From Toensbergia leucococca (lineage: Eukaryota): a stretch of DNA of 64,000 bases. Below are positions 50,207 to 63,102 of the stretch, piece after piece; position 1 is the stretch's first letter, and the number at the start of each line of letters is the position of its first letter. The stretch is from contig JALDZS010000075.1 of NCBI GenBank assembly GCA_022813965.1, forward strand, positions 1-64,000, written 5' to 3'. The notes beneath the pieces are model-generated. The model had not been told where the DNA came from. It searched no databases and worked only from the letters and a program-made list of their open reading frames with translations. A program made the translations under genes and the position numbers.

Positions 50207-51057
50207 AGCTACTATTATTCCTACACACCAATTCGATAATCCTACACCCCATTTTCGATAACCCCCCCCCCCCCCCCCCAAAACATACCGAATAGGCAAT
50301 TATGAGGCCCGAGCGCATAGAGAAACATCATGTTTCCGCACCACATTTTGACTTGATTCCCCAGCACTCTTGCATGCTCTATTTTATACTATTTATCACC
50401 TCTATTAGACTAGGAGCAAAAGCATGCTTTTGTACCACATCCTGACTCAATTTCCTATGCCCCCAGGCGCATGATCACCCCCCAGGCGCATAGAGAATTA
50501 TCATGATTTCGCACCACAGTAGCACTTGATTCTCTACCACTATGCAAGCCATTTACATGTTCCGTTCGTGTGCCATCTAGAAGTTAAATTACCTAGGAGA
50601 AAAAGCACGCTTTTGTACCACATCCTGACTCAATTCCCTCGGGCTCAAGATCACTATCTGAAATCATGGAATGGACCACCATCCACATGGATGGTGACCT
50701 CACCCTCCACCCCCTCACCTTGTCCTCGCCCTCGGCCCTCGCCCTCAGTCCCGCCCCCGTGCTTCACCCCCTCCTCCTTGTGTTTCTCCTTGTCTTCCTC
50801 CTTGTGTTCCTCCTCGGCAAAGGTAGGATACAGCTCTCCATCTGGCGGAGGAGCGAAAGGCATGATGAGGATGAGTTGGAGGGTGACAATGAGGTGAAGG
50901 GTGAGGTGGAGGATGAAGGTGTGTTAGGTACAAACATCGTGAGGTAGCGCCCGGGCCTCATAATTGCCTATTCGGGTATGTTTGGAGGGGGGGGGTATGG
51001 TGTTATCGAGAATGGGGTGTAGGATTATCGAATTGGGGTGTAGGAATAATAGGAGCC
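50207..51057 (-). mobile_element. Internally deleted Mutator-like (MULE) element, 851 bp
   Basis: ~100-bp TIRs ((A/G)GCT(A/C)CTATTATTCCTACAC..GAATAGGCAATTATGAGGCCCG); perfect 8-bp TSD ATGATAAA (50199-50206, 51058-51065). Remnant MPFAPPPDGELYPTF resembles fungal MULE transposase N-termini. Superfamily call is inferred. Confidence 0.85.
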
Positions 51058-52084
51058 ATGATAAATAGATTAGAGACCTTATTCTCAGCAGGCGGCAAGA
51101 TATGATTTCACTTCTACCTCATCATGACAGCAATACGGATGAGGACTTCCTATGCCCAGCTATTTACATTCAACCTGCACTTACAGAAACCAGCGCTCTT
51201 CAATACCTCATCGACTTGGGTGCTAATATACATCAAAGGTTCAAAGTAAATCCGAGCGAGACTATTTCTATCATGCTGCACTATGCAAGACCTAAGCTGT
51301 ATATCAGTACACGTCCCCCATGTTCTTTGAACATGCTTTCATGCACTCTTGCACTATCATCTTGAAGAGATGGCTCGACAGAGAAAGGCTTTGGGGTATT
51401 AGCTGTTACATTGAGGTACAAAATAAGGAATACCAGAGTAAAGCGGCAAAAAAGCTCCCTGCTAATCATAATGTGAATACCTGTTGCTACCCTTTGCAAG
51501 GGTCTTGAATGCGATTCCGAATTCTGGGGTAGATTAGAAGATGGTATTTCTACGGAGTCGCATATCCGTAGATACCTTAGAGGGGTTATATGAGAGGTTT
51601 GAGCGATAATTTTACAAGATGTTAACAGTCAAAGATATCAGCATTGTTAACTGTCAAATCGTAAAAGATTTCATTGTAAATGTGAACGCATTTTCATGAC
51701 AATGTCATAATGATAATAGCGATCATCAAGCATATCTGTTCTCTCAATAACAACGTGCAATGAAGAGCACGCTGTCAACATAACAGTGAGGTTTATTGTC
51801 AATGTATGACAGTCACAGCGTTGTAGCCTACTGCGCTTGTTCTGATAACGGTAAGATCACCGTTGTTAGAGACTACATCGCAATAAAGAATTTTCTCATT
51901 TTTAAACAGTTCTTAGAATGACTACGTTGCTACATCAAAATCTAGTAAAGACAACTACATTATGTCACACACACTGTAAACAATTTTCAAGCTGCACTAG
52001 ATTATCACAAGAATCTCAATTGTCAACTATTGTTCCTCATTTTTAAGTATTTTATCTTATCTAAAACAGCACACAATGAAGAAG

Positions 52085-52275
52085 ACAGATGACACACAAA
52101 TGACATGCAATAGAGAAGATATATAACATGCAAATGACATGCAATAGAGAAGTTAGACAATATGCAATAGAGAAGGTAAATGACACGCAATTGATAGATA
52201 ACCCGCAATAGATAGATGGCACGCAATAGATAGATAGCCCACAATAGAGAAGGTAGATGAAATTGAGCAAAGAGA
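52085..52275. repeat. Degenerate tandem repeat in an AT-rich tract
   Basis: Repeated (at)gcaataga(gaag/taga) units. Confidence 0.7.
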
Positions 52276-53099
52276 TGAATTAAGTGAATGAAGTCATTGA
52301 AAGTGAGTTCTAAATACCTACTACCTACCTATCTATTGAACGCTCTACATCAGATAATTTAATCATTGACGGTATTAAAGGTACCCCGCATGAATGATCT
52401 GAGCGCACTTACCTCTGCAATGTCTGAACCTTGCTAACGGTATATTTGTGATATATCAAGGGTTTCATTCTATCAACGGGTTAATCCATTCTTCATACTG
52501 ACGCTATCTTCGTTTACAAGTCAAACGCTTCATATTCAGCTATTGCGTGACTACGTTGATAGATACAGCGTAAGGATCACACTTCGCACATTGCAATCTA
52601 ACAAGACATTATCCATTTATCAATTACTACCGTAAGACTACTGCTAAAACTTTCTATAGGAGGCCTCTAAGGTACCTACCTGTGGTCTTGCCAAGGCGCT
52701 TAGGGGCCCCGTTGGCTCGCTCGCTAATTATCTAGCCCTAATCATCTACGAGAGCGCACCGTGACAACTTGCCCCCTTCCCAAAAAGTTCCTCCGTGCCC
52801 CCCATGGTATCTAGCTAGAATTTCATTGGCACCATCCCATATCCAAATCCTCTATCCACCCATTCCTCATTGCCAGTTCTCCATTACCATCACAAATTGA
52901 AATCAATACGTTTCATAGAATTCTAAATATTGTCAAAGTGTTGGTGTCAACATCCTTTTCCTCACACCACAGTAATAAGCTTCTTCTCATTTCTCATTTG
53001 TGAATCAAGAGCAGAAATGACATTCTTGTTTCTTCAGTTTCTAGATCCTCGGACTTCAACTTGTAGTTTTTGAGCGTAATCAGTTTCTTTCATTGTTAC

Positions 53100-55197
53100 C
53101 CTCCTTGCCAGCCTCGCTGGCAATTTTCCCTGTTAGGCCTCATCCCTGGCTATTCCGTGAGGCGGCCGCGGTTTCATCCGGTACTGGCTCCTAAAAACGG
53201 GGTTCGTAGTGGCTTCTGCGCCTAGTTAGAGGGGTCGTACTGTACTCGGGTGAGGGTGGCAGGCTTGTTGACACATCGGATGGCGATGACGGTAATGTTG
53301 GTGGTATATCGATGCTTATTTCGGAATTTGGGGTAAGGAGCAATGGTGACGATGACGGGAGGCGGCGCTGAGGGTATGAGATCGTGTGGAATTGGGCTAG
53401 GCAACGTTGAACTTCCTGTGGGAGGTTCCGTGGCCCGTCTCCTAGGTGTATCCACGGTCGTTCTGTCGTTGAGGGCTTTCATCTTTATGTCTTCTATCTC
53501 TTCGGAGGAAATCTTGTTGATTGTGAGAACGCCATCCTGTACCTTAACCGTAACGTGCTTTCCCTAAATTCGTGGACTTATCACACCTTCCAACCCCTAT
53601 GAGTTTGTCTGTGGATACTTACAATGTATTTATATAGGAGGGCTGGATATTCTCAAGTGATACGCAAGCTGACAACGTAGTTCCTCTGCAGTCCCGAGGG
53701 GAAACTCATCAAAATCTCGAAGGATGTCCGTTAATTCGCTTTCTAACAAACGTTGACAAACTTCATCGTTAATATGAAGCTTGTCTTACTAGACAGATTC
53801 TTTAGAGCTGCCGCATTATGTGAAAATTTCTTGACACTTCTACCTTCAGTGAGTAGCAAGTGGTTTGAAAGGCGTCTCCGGATTTTTGATATTTGAGTTT
53901 TATATTCTGGCCAGAGTGTTCTCGTTACTGCGTAGTCTTGTCAGCTTTCAAAGTTGATACAATGGCAGAAGATTCTTACACGAAGTCAGTGTCTGCGCCC
54001 ATGGATTCCGATGTTTTCACCTCCGCTGGGAAAGATTCGAATGATGGTTCAGGACAGTGAGGTCGGTGAGGTCTCCTCTCTCCACGATGGTGAATCTCCT
54101 CTTCTCGATTTCGGGTTTCAATATCTTCGTCGATATTTTGTTGTTGCTGCCTTGAATGTAGCAGACATACATATATTCCATCACATCGGCATTCAGGAAG
54201 ACCATTTGGATCTTCAGCCGATGAGTCATACGTCCATTTCATGGCCAATCCAGCATTGTTGATTTCGAAATTATGAGGGTTGGAGTCTTTACTATTGCTT
54301 TCCATGTTTTGAAACTTTCTTCGTCCCTCCCCACTCAATAATTCAACTTCGCGTGCTAGTGTATCTCCATATTCTTCGCCTTTATCTTCGACAGAGTTCT
54401 TCTCCTTCCGCCATTGGAGAATATCGTACCTCAGAGGATGAGCGAGTGGTCATGAGTTTAACGTCATCCCAGGACGATGGCGGCCTACTGAAAATAGGCT
54501 TTGGTATCAACGTCGACAAAGTTTACTTTCATTTCGTCGTCTGAGGATTCGTCATCTTCATCTTCATCGCTTGACTCGGAGTCATCTGAATCAGAATCTG
54601 GTTCGGGGTCCGGTCTAATTGAAGCTCTCTCATTGATCACTTTCGGTCCTTGCGAAGGGTGGGTGGGCAATGCTTCACCTTGAATTTTGATGACTTCCTC
54701 ATTCAACTGCTTATCTCCTATGTATAAGATGGATTCCCGGACATGGATTTTGGCGTCTACACTACCTAGCCATGGAAGATCAAGGAGAAGGCTAAGACTC
54801 TCGCTCTTTCCTGGTGAGACGAAGGCTCATACGTGTCGGTCATTCCCATGGACTTGGATGCGGAATTTGGTCCAATGACTCAATTCAGTTTTGGTTCCGT
54901 CTGCCACTGTCATACTTAGTACCTTAGGACTGAGTTCTCGGGCTGAGTGCATCTATAGTCCGAGATGTTTCACTAAAGGTGGGTAGATACCATGAAGTCA
55001 GCTCATCTTTCCAAGGTGAGAGTCTGCCTTCTGGTCTCGTTCATGCAATTAAGAACGACTGCCATTTGATTGCTCAAAGCTTCAATCAACTGAGTCAAGT
55101 TGTTGTCAATATTGTTGACTCGCTCACTTGAGTTGTTGAGCGTCTCTTGAAGTTTGGCTAGTCTATCACTGATGATGTTCGTATCCGGATTTGCCAT
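53100..55197 (-). pseudogene. Decayed long reading frame, possibly a mobile-element relic
   Basis: Co-oriented minus-strand fragments (coiled coil 55197-55003, acidic 54706-54485, 54338-53976, Pro-rich 53482-53222) broken by stops; flanks are AT-rich. Confidence 0.4.
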
Positions 55198-55639
55198 GGT
55201 TACTTGTTCAAGATGAACAGGAATGTTTGTCTGGCGGAGAGGAGTGTGGGAGATAAGAGGGAGAAAGAGAAGAGCCTTAGGGGTGAGGAATATTTATCAA
55301 GGTTTCAAGCAAAAAGAGAAAGAGAAAGAGCACAGGCCAATCAATCACATTCCATCAACGTCAAGGTTGATACTGACCAACTCACATGTCCGCACAGACG
55401 TGATTTCTCTTTTCTGAGAGAGTTTTTCATGTGACATGAATTTGTGCCCGATCAGTAGAATATTTTCAGATTACTTGAGTGAAACAAAGTGAATATCTGA
55501 AGCCTCATTAATGGTGACTGATCAATCTAATAAATCAGCTTCTTTAAGGTATCATATAATCTGTTATATGAGATACTAGTCTTATAGTCTGATAGTCCGT
55601 TCATCATCTGAAGAAACAGTCAATCTTGAGTCAGTGAAT

Positions 55640-55870
55640 GAAAATAAGGAGAAAGGAAAGAAGAAAGAGGAGGAGGAAGGGGAGGAGGAAGGGAGGAAGA
55701 AAGTGGAGAAGATAGGGGAGGAGAAAGGGGAGGAGAAAGGGGAGGAGAAAAGGGAGGAAAAAGGAGTGAAGAAAGGGGTGAAGGAGAAGGACAAGGTTCA
55801 GATATTTGATACTGATGATGAGGATGAGGATGAGTACAAGTCAGTCAGTGAGAATGAGGAAGAGAAGGTG
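55640..55870 (+). repeat. Purine-rich low-complexity repeat (GAGGAGAAAGGG-like units)
   Basis: Directly visible tandem gaggagaaaggg units. Confidence 0.7.
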
Positions 55871-56206
55871 AAATACATACCTGAGACACCCCCCTCACTT
55901 GTAGATATTACCTTATAGATCAAAACACCCTCGGTCTACAGAAATCGATTTGGAACCATATCTTATACTCCCGTAGTATCTTGTAAACCGACCATGTCTT
56001 ATATGACAGATTATACGGTAGTGGTGATGCTCCCTTTGGGTCTAAGCCTGAGAGCCCTCAAAATGCATAGTTGGTGTTCCAAGTGTGACGCTACGGGAGC
56101 CAAGAAAATGGCACTTGACCACCTCTGACTCCAGATTTGGCGTTATGGACGACAGCTCTCAATTCATTCCTGCCTCTTCAATACCACGCACCACTAAGTC
56201 TCTGCC

Positions 56207-57521
56207 ATGGAAGGCCTTTTCTACAACGTCAACGGCGGGTAAGTCTCTATTTCAGACCACTTGGCCGACTACTCATGTTGACACATCGAAGATATGTCGA
56301 AGGCGTGGTTCGAGGATATCGGAATAGTCTGTTAACGGGACAAAACTACGGCAATCTCATACAATGTGAGACTATCGATGGTATTTTCTACACGGCATTC
56401 CTCTCCCCGTATTCATAATAACGGCCACTTAGATGTAAAGCTCCAGCTACAACCCGCCTACGGCGACTTCCTTGCCTCTTTACCCCCAAACCCCTCCACA
56501 TCCTCCCTCGCAAACAAAACCACGGATAAGCTGGTAGCCGAATTCCGATATCTACAAGTACAAGCAACAGGATCACTGGCAAAGTTCATGCAGTACCTCA
56601 CCTACGGCTACATGATCGACAACGTCGCTCTCCTGATCACCGGCACCCTTCACGAAAGAGACACCCGAGAACTCCTTGAGCGATGCCATCCGCTAGGCTG
56701 GTTCGAAACCATGCCCGTTCTCTGCGTTGCCACCAACATCGAAGAACTCTACAACTCTGTCCTTATTGAAACGCCCCTGGCACCATATTTCAAGGGCTCC
56801 TTGAGCCATCAAGATCTCGATGAGTTGAACATTGAAATCGTCCGCAATACCCTTTATAAAAACTACCTCGAAGATTTCTACAGCTTTGTAAGGGAGCATC
56901 CCGACCTTGCAGGTACCCCTACCGCCGAAGTCATGTCCGAAGTACTCGAATTTGAAGCCGATCGCCGCGCCATCAACATTACTCTCAATTCTTTCGGCAC
57001 AGATCTCTCAAAGGCAGATCGTCAGAAGATGTATCCCAATTTCGGACGATTGTATCCGGAAGGAACATTGATGCTTTCGAGGGCAGAAGATGTCGAAGGC
57101 GTCGGCCTTGCAGTCAGTGGTATTAATGACTACAAATCCTACTTTGAGACTGTGGGTTTGGGTCAAGGAGGCGGGATGGGGGGATCTGGCGCGGGGAATA
57201 TGAGTGGAGGTAGTGGGAGTGACGGTAAGAGCCTAGAGGATATGTTTTATCAAAAGGAGATGGAGATTTCAAAGACGGCATTCACGAGGCAATTTACGCA
57301 TGGGGTCATTTATGCTTGGGTGAAGTTGAGGGAGCAGGTAAATCTTCTCCCCCTGTTTTTCTCGTATTTCGCCGGGGTGTTGTTGTACTTTGGGTATGGC
57401 TGGTTTGGCTTACATTTATTTCGTTGTTTGTTTGCAGGAAATACGAAATATCACGTGGATCGCCGAGTGCATTGCACAGAACCAAAAGGAGAGGATCGGG
57501 AATTATATCAGTGTCTTTTGA
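56207..57521 (+). CDS. VMA6: V-type proton ATPase V0 subunit d (3 introns)
   Basis: MEGLFYNVNGG|YVEGVVRGYRNSLL; YLTYGYMIDNVALLITGTLHERD; LDELNIEIVRNTLYKNYLEDFY; LEFEADRRAINITLNSFGT; EIRNITWIAECIAQNQK. Confidence 0.97.
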
Positions 57522-57975
57522 TTGTTAACATACGGGGGGTTTTCTTTGTTTGTTTCTTCAGGGGCCTGTGGTAGCTTGGTATGGGTGTGCTAGGGCTTTT
57601 GTAGATTAGATCATTTGTACTAAACTCCATTACCCGGGTGTAAATTTGTAGGATATCTCTGACCTATTCAAAACCTGAGATATGTTTTGTGAGGAACGCG
57701 ATATAGATAGACCCTTTCAGTTCTCTGCGTGAAGAAGACTCAACTCACTTTCACTTTCGCTAAAAGGATGAATCTCTTTAAGGTCATCTCTTGAGAGGGG
57801 GATTTTTTCTTTTTGAGAGGATTGAGACTGTCAGAGTGAGAGAAGATGGTGAGTAGTTGGTTAGGACCATTTCTTTGTATGAACTCATCAAGATCAATGT
57901 TCTCTCTGACTCGACAATTCTTTTCTTTGACTTTTACGCCTCTGGATTTCCTCAATTTGTTTGTTTGAATTTCTT

Positions 57976-58294
57976 GAGGGGGTGGAGGGTGAGGTCACCA
58001 TCAATGTGGATGGTGATCCATTCCATGATTTCAGATTGTGATCTTGAGCCCGAGGGAATTGAGTCAGGATGTGGTACAAAAGCATGCGTTTTTCCCTTAG
58101 TCTAATAGAGGTGATAAATGGTCTGAAATAGAGCATGCAAAAGTGCTGGGGGATCATGTGGTGCGGAAACATGATGTTTCTCTATTCTAGCGCTCGGGCC
58201 TCATAATTGCCTATTGGGGTATGTTTTGGGGGTGTAGGCTTATCGAAAATGGGGTGTAGGCTTATCGAATTGGGGTGCAGGAATAATAGGAGCC
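57976..58294 (+). mobile_element. One-ended, inverted partial copy of the MULE-like family at 50207-51057
   Basis: Reverse complement matches parts of 50207-50716; TIR ends ..GAATAATAGGAGCC at 58294; no partner TIR found. Confidence 0.85.
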
Positions 58295-58426
58295 TATATA
58301 TATATACCCTCTGCATCTTCAAGAGGGATGTGGCATCAAACTTTCTATCTCACTAGGGTGAGTCATATGTCCCTTGGAAATTGATTTCGTTCGGTTTGAA
58401 AAAAAAAAATTCATAGTAAAACTATT

Positions 58427-58834
58427 CTAGCACATGCCAGAACAGCTCGGGTTCGAAACATAATTCACCGTCAGAATACCCGCAACGTCGGGATCGTTGT
58501 TGAACGGGTATTCCACCGGCACGCTACCGCACATCTTGCAGCCGTGGGCATACAGAAATGTGACGAGTTCGTGGAAACCGACGCCGGATAATGCGACGTC
58601 GGTGTTTTGGTAAAAGGCGCAGATGTATCCTTGGCAGGCAATGTGCTCGCCGGCTTCGTATACGCGACCGATCAGAATCGGGTAGTTGAGGAACTCCCAT
58701 ATGGGATCGGGTGCGTGGCTGGAAGATGGATTGCAAAAGAAACTTCCTTGGCAATTGATCCCGAGCTTGGCGTTTACGAGGCCGAGAATGTTGACGGCTA
58801 CGAGGACGCAGGATGTGAAAGTGATTGAATGCAT
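58427..58834 (-). CDS. KP4 killer-toxin-like secreted protein
   Basis: Signal peptide, then LGINCQGS..C, GEHIAC..ICAFYQ, HGCKMCGSVP, GILTVNYV..C.G.C, the KP4 family pattern. Confidence 0.92.
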   Translation of the reverse strand: MHSITFTSCVLVAVNILGLVNAKLGINCQGSFFCNPSSSHAPDPIWEFLNYPILIGRVYEAGEHIACQGYICAFYQNTDVALSGVGFHELVTFLYAHGCKMCGSVPVEYPFNNDPDVAGILTVNYVSNPSCSGMC

Positions 58835-60230
58835 TGTGATCAATGTTTTGCAATTTCCTAATTGTAACAACACGATCAGCTTGTGAGGTTGCTCTTGCGG
58901 GCAAAAAGCGATGTTTTTACCTGATACATCAACTGCTTACCAGCACTATGGCAATCGCGGCGGATCTTTCAACTCTGGAATTGTAAGTAGCGACAGTGCA
59001 CACATCCATAAGTGGAGCTGAAGGTCAAAGATTGCTTTGTGAATTTTGGAGTGGTCAGATAAGAGAGAAGCCTTGGGGAAACAAGCAAACTTGATGGGAA
59101 CGAGAATGCAGCAGATCAATTAGTTTTAAAGACTTGGCGCATCAAAACACAATTGCTTTTACGTACGTGTGCGAGTTTTACCTTGCGCTTCATAAAAGGG
59201 CAATGGCGCAAGAGTCGTGGTCGGACTTGCTACAGAGCCGCATGTCGCATAGTTTAGAGTGACAAAGAGTTGCTGACAGTATCACGACTGAAGAGGATCA
59301 ACGCAGGGCTTGATAGAATGATGAACATGACATGTTTGCGGCGAAGAATTTCGAGGAAGATGTACGGGTTTTTGGTAGAGGCACAAGGAAAATTGATGAG
59401 CTGGGGAATACATTGTTCAGCCAATTGTGTGAGGAGCTCAAGACCTCTGTCTTAGAGTGTTTTATAATTGCCTTAATCCACAAAATAGAAAAAATTCAGT
59501 TGAGAGAAAGTATCAAATAGTCCGATCCCGTATATCATCCAGGCACGTGGTCGCCTGAAAGGCTCTTGGGAACGCCGAACACGAGTATGAGTAAGGCATG
59601 CAAACAGGCACACACTGTTGTCGGCAGGAGGGCTGTAGAGGTAACACCTCGGCCGTTTCAAAGTCAACATCCCAGGCTCGTCGTATGTACTCTGAGGTCT
59701 GATATCTCTCCACTCGGCTTCTTCAGTCATCTGTTTCAAAATTAGTGTCATCTACTCGTCTCGTTTCCTGGTTTGCCTCGGTACAAGAGGTTGGCGGCGA
59801 GCTCTAAGCTGAATCCAGTGATGGAAAAAGGCTGTTTTTCTAGCTTTTGAGGTTTCCACAACTTTGAAGAACTGTGCAGCAGAGATGGAATTTGCTACCT
59901 CACTCCTTGTGTACACATTGGTGGCTAAAGATACCAGTTTCAAGAAGATGAACCATCAGAATTGTAACTAATGCCATCCGCCAATGGATGTCTGACCCGT
60001 TTAGATGTGTATTACTTCGTGAATCGAAGTGTCTGAAGAGCACAGTACGAAACGGAGATTGAAGGCTGGAAAAAGTCAAGCGTAGAATAAGCGAAAACAC
60101 TACTCCGTAAACACAACTAGAATAGAATATTCTAAGCGAGTCAAAATCTCACGATGTGAAGAACCAACGACGGAGACCTCTGCAATTCGTAACTTCCTCT
60201 CCCTTGGAAATTACCATTGCGCCTGCCACC

Positions 60231-62703
60231 ATGACGCTTTTTATACTAGTCGAGACCCCTGCCGGCCTAGCGCTTATGAAATCCAAGTCTAGCAAGCTAC
60301 TGAAAAATAGCGACCTTGCCGCCGACACTGAATCTGCAGAGGGCATCTGTAGCCTGTACGTCCACTTTCCCGAACCTCCACTCACACAATGGGCTTTACA
60401 GAAGATCTTGCAATGCGCATGCAACAGTTAAGCTTAAGAAACTGACCGAGATGTTCTGCCTTGAAGACTACAGCTACGCCAATTCGCAAAGTGGGATTCT
60501 GCAGCCACCGCTCTAGAAGAGGTAAATTCTTCACGATTCCTAGACCGCTCAAGTCGTAGCAACTAATCTTTGAGTAGGTCGCAGCCTTGGTGGAAGGAAA
60601 GGTTACCTCAAGACTAGAATCACTCCTCGACTCGATCAAGGATGAGAAGAAGGTCTCATTGGCAGTGGCAGACCCAAAACTTGGTATAGCTCCCAAACAT
60701 GAGGCATTGCATCAATTGTTGACAGTTCAGGCAACGCTATCAATAAGCTTCCTCAACTATCCATTACCCCCATTTCCGATTCCACAACTGCTGAGCTGTA
60801 TCGCGCGATTCGAAACCACCTACCCTCCCTGATTCCCGGCCTGCTTCCCCAGGACATCTCCACAATGTCATTAGGTCTATCACATTCTTTATCAAGACAC
60901 AAATTGAAATTCTCCCCGGATAAGGTGGATACCATGATTGTACAGGCAATCGCACTTCTTGACGATCTAGACAAGGAATTAAACACCTACGCTATGCGAG
61001 TGAAGGAATGGTACGGATGGCATTTTCCGGAAATGGGAAAAATTGTCAATGACAACTTAGCCTATGCACGGGTCATCATGAACATGGGAATGAGAACCAA
61101 CGCTGTTAACGCGGACCTCGCAGAAATATTACCCGAAGAAATTGAAACCGCTGTTAAGGCCGCAGCAGAGGTGTCTATGGGCACTGAGATTACCCCAGAG
61201 GATTTGGACAATATCCAAGCCCTTGCAGAGCAGGTCATCAGCTTCACCGAATATCGCCAGCAGCTCTCTAGCTACTTGTCCGCCCGCATGGCTGCTATTG
61301 CTCCCAACCTCACTGCCTTGGTTGGCGATTTGGTCGGCGCTCGATTGATCGCTCATGCTGGTAGTTTAATGAACTTGGCGAAAAGCCCAGCCAGTACAAT
61401 TCAGATTCTTGGGGCGGAGAAGGCTCTTTTCAGGGCACTCAAGACGAAGCACGATACACCAAAGTATGGTTTGATCTACCATGCATCGCTTATTGGCCAA
61501 GCCACCGGGAAGAACAAGGGAAAAATTGCTCGTATGCTAGCTACTAAGACAGCTATTGGTCTACGTGTTGATGCTTTGGCCGACTGGAGTGCGGAAGGAG
61601 AAGGAAAGGGTGACTCAGTCACGGAAGAAGAGAAGTCCGCTCTGGGTGTTTTAGGTAGGATGAAGATCGAGCGGCGATTGGCGAGCTTAGAGGGAAGGCC
61701 CGTTCGACCGCGAGGTGTTGCAATAGCCCCGAATGGAGTATCCTCGACACCCGGAAAGTGGGAAGTCAAGGAAGCACGCAAATATAATCCGGATGCAGAT
61801 GGTCTCACGGGAGATGAACCAGCCGCCGCAACACCAGCGTTCAAAAAGCCAAAGAAGGATAAAAAATGCGTGAAGTTGATCGAGGAGGTCCAGGAAGAAT
61901 CATCATCCTCAAGCAAGAAGTGGAAGAAGGACAAGACGAATGGAGTAAAGATGATCCAAGTTGCAGAAGATGGCGCGCAAGAAATCGCTACTTCGGACGT
62001 CGAGAGCACACATTATAACACGTTGGGGAGCGGAGAGCAGGAGATGAAGGATTCGCCACCGACATCGCAGGTTTCTACTTCAGAGGCAGCCCCATTAGCA
62101 GATACCTCGAAATTGAACGGCGGTCTTCACGATGATATTAAATCGGATACCATCTCTACGGTTTCTGCAGATACAGCAGATTCACCTCCCTCGCCCGTTC
62201 AGCAGGAAACCAATTGGCAATCATCCATCGTTGGCAATGACGAGATCGCCAAGAAAGCACGCAAGAAGGAGAAACATGAAATGAAACTCGCATTATCGGA
62301 AGAGAGAAGTCAACGGAGAGCATTACGTAAAGCCAAGCTTAGTCGAAGACTGGACCGTAAGGAGAGGCGTCAAAAAAGGGTCGAGCAGATAGAGCGGCGA
62401 GAGGAGATGGATGATGAGAAACTTGCTGCACCCGCAAAATTGGCAGGTCTGACTATAGCCCGCTACAAAAGAAAGTTGGAGAGAGGCGAGATCAAGTTCA
62501 ACGCCAGTGGGATACCCGAAGCGATCAGTAAAAAGGACATCAAGAAGGCAAGGAAGGAAGCCGAGAAATCTGAGAAGGCTGATAAAGTTACGAAGGATAC
62601 GAACGGCGGATTGGATGGTGGTAAGAAACGGAAGAGGGGCGAGGAAGCTGATGAAGCGGTGGAAAAGTCGGAAAAGAAGAAAAAAAAGAGGAATAGAGAT
62701 TAA
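60231..62703 (+). CDS. NOP58: Nucleolar protein 58, box C/D snoRNP (3 introns at the 5' end)
   Basis: [98 protein letters not shown]; Lys-rich tail. Confidence 0.97.
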
Positions 62704-63102
62704 AGAGGTGATTTTTTGTGTAGCAATACTTTGTGGTGGCATTTCATAGCTACTTGATCATGGCGCTTTTGATACTCGGCGTTTAATCCGGCTTAGGGTA
62801 CTCACTCTCAGTCTTCTAACTTCACACATATCATGTTAGGTAATTGATGCTGTGACTTCTCCAACCTCTTTTACGATCATGTGCCCGAGGCGCCCCCGGA
62901 TATCAAATGCCATGAATCTTCCACTTACTGTGCCTCGTGCTAATATCGTTCAGCCTTACGAAGACCCACTAGCTTAAATAGCGGATGCCTTCATTCGAGG
63001 ATTCGACCTCGAGATATTGAACAAATTCCAACATCGCCAGATTCCCTACAAATCTAACGGGCCCGATCCTCACAGCCCACAATTTACCGCTTCGCCGCAG
63101 TC

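Larger units (their letters stand above)
47756..51508 (+). pseudogene. Ankyrin-repeat protein with an N-terminal helical (HeLo-like) segment; disrupted
   Basis: MEAIGAAAPLQQLIESAL..; DSPFVRACREGDERTV; LAIASGKGALVRCLISNGANVN; LLIQQGAS; LQYLIDLGANIH. It has a frameshift near 48720 and two transposon insertions. Confidence 0.7.

Noticed and set aside
55582..55918. E/K-rich and F/S-rich ORFs
   Set aside because: By-products of a purine-rich low-complexity repeat.
61830..62703. Long charged C-terminal extension of Nop58
   Set aside because: Variable Lys/Glu-rich tails are normal for Nop56/Nop58.
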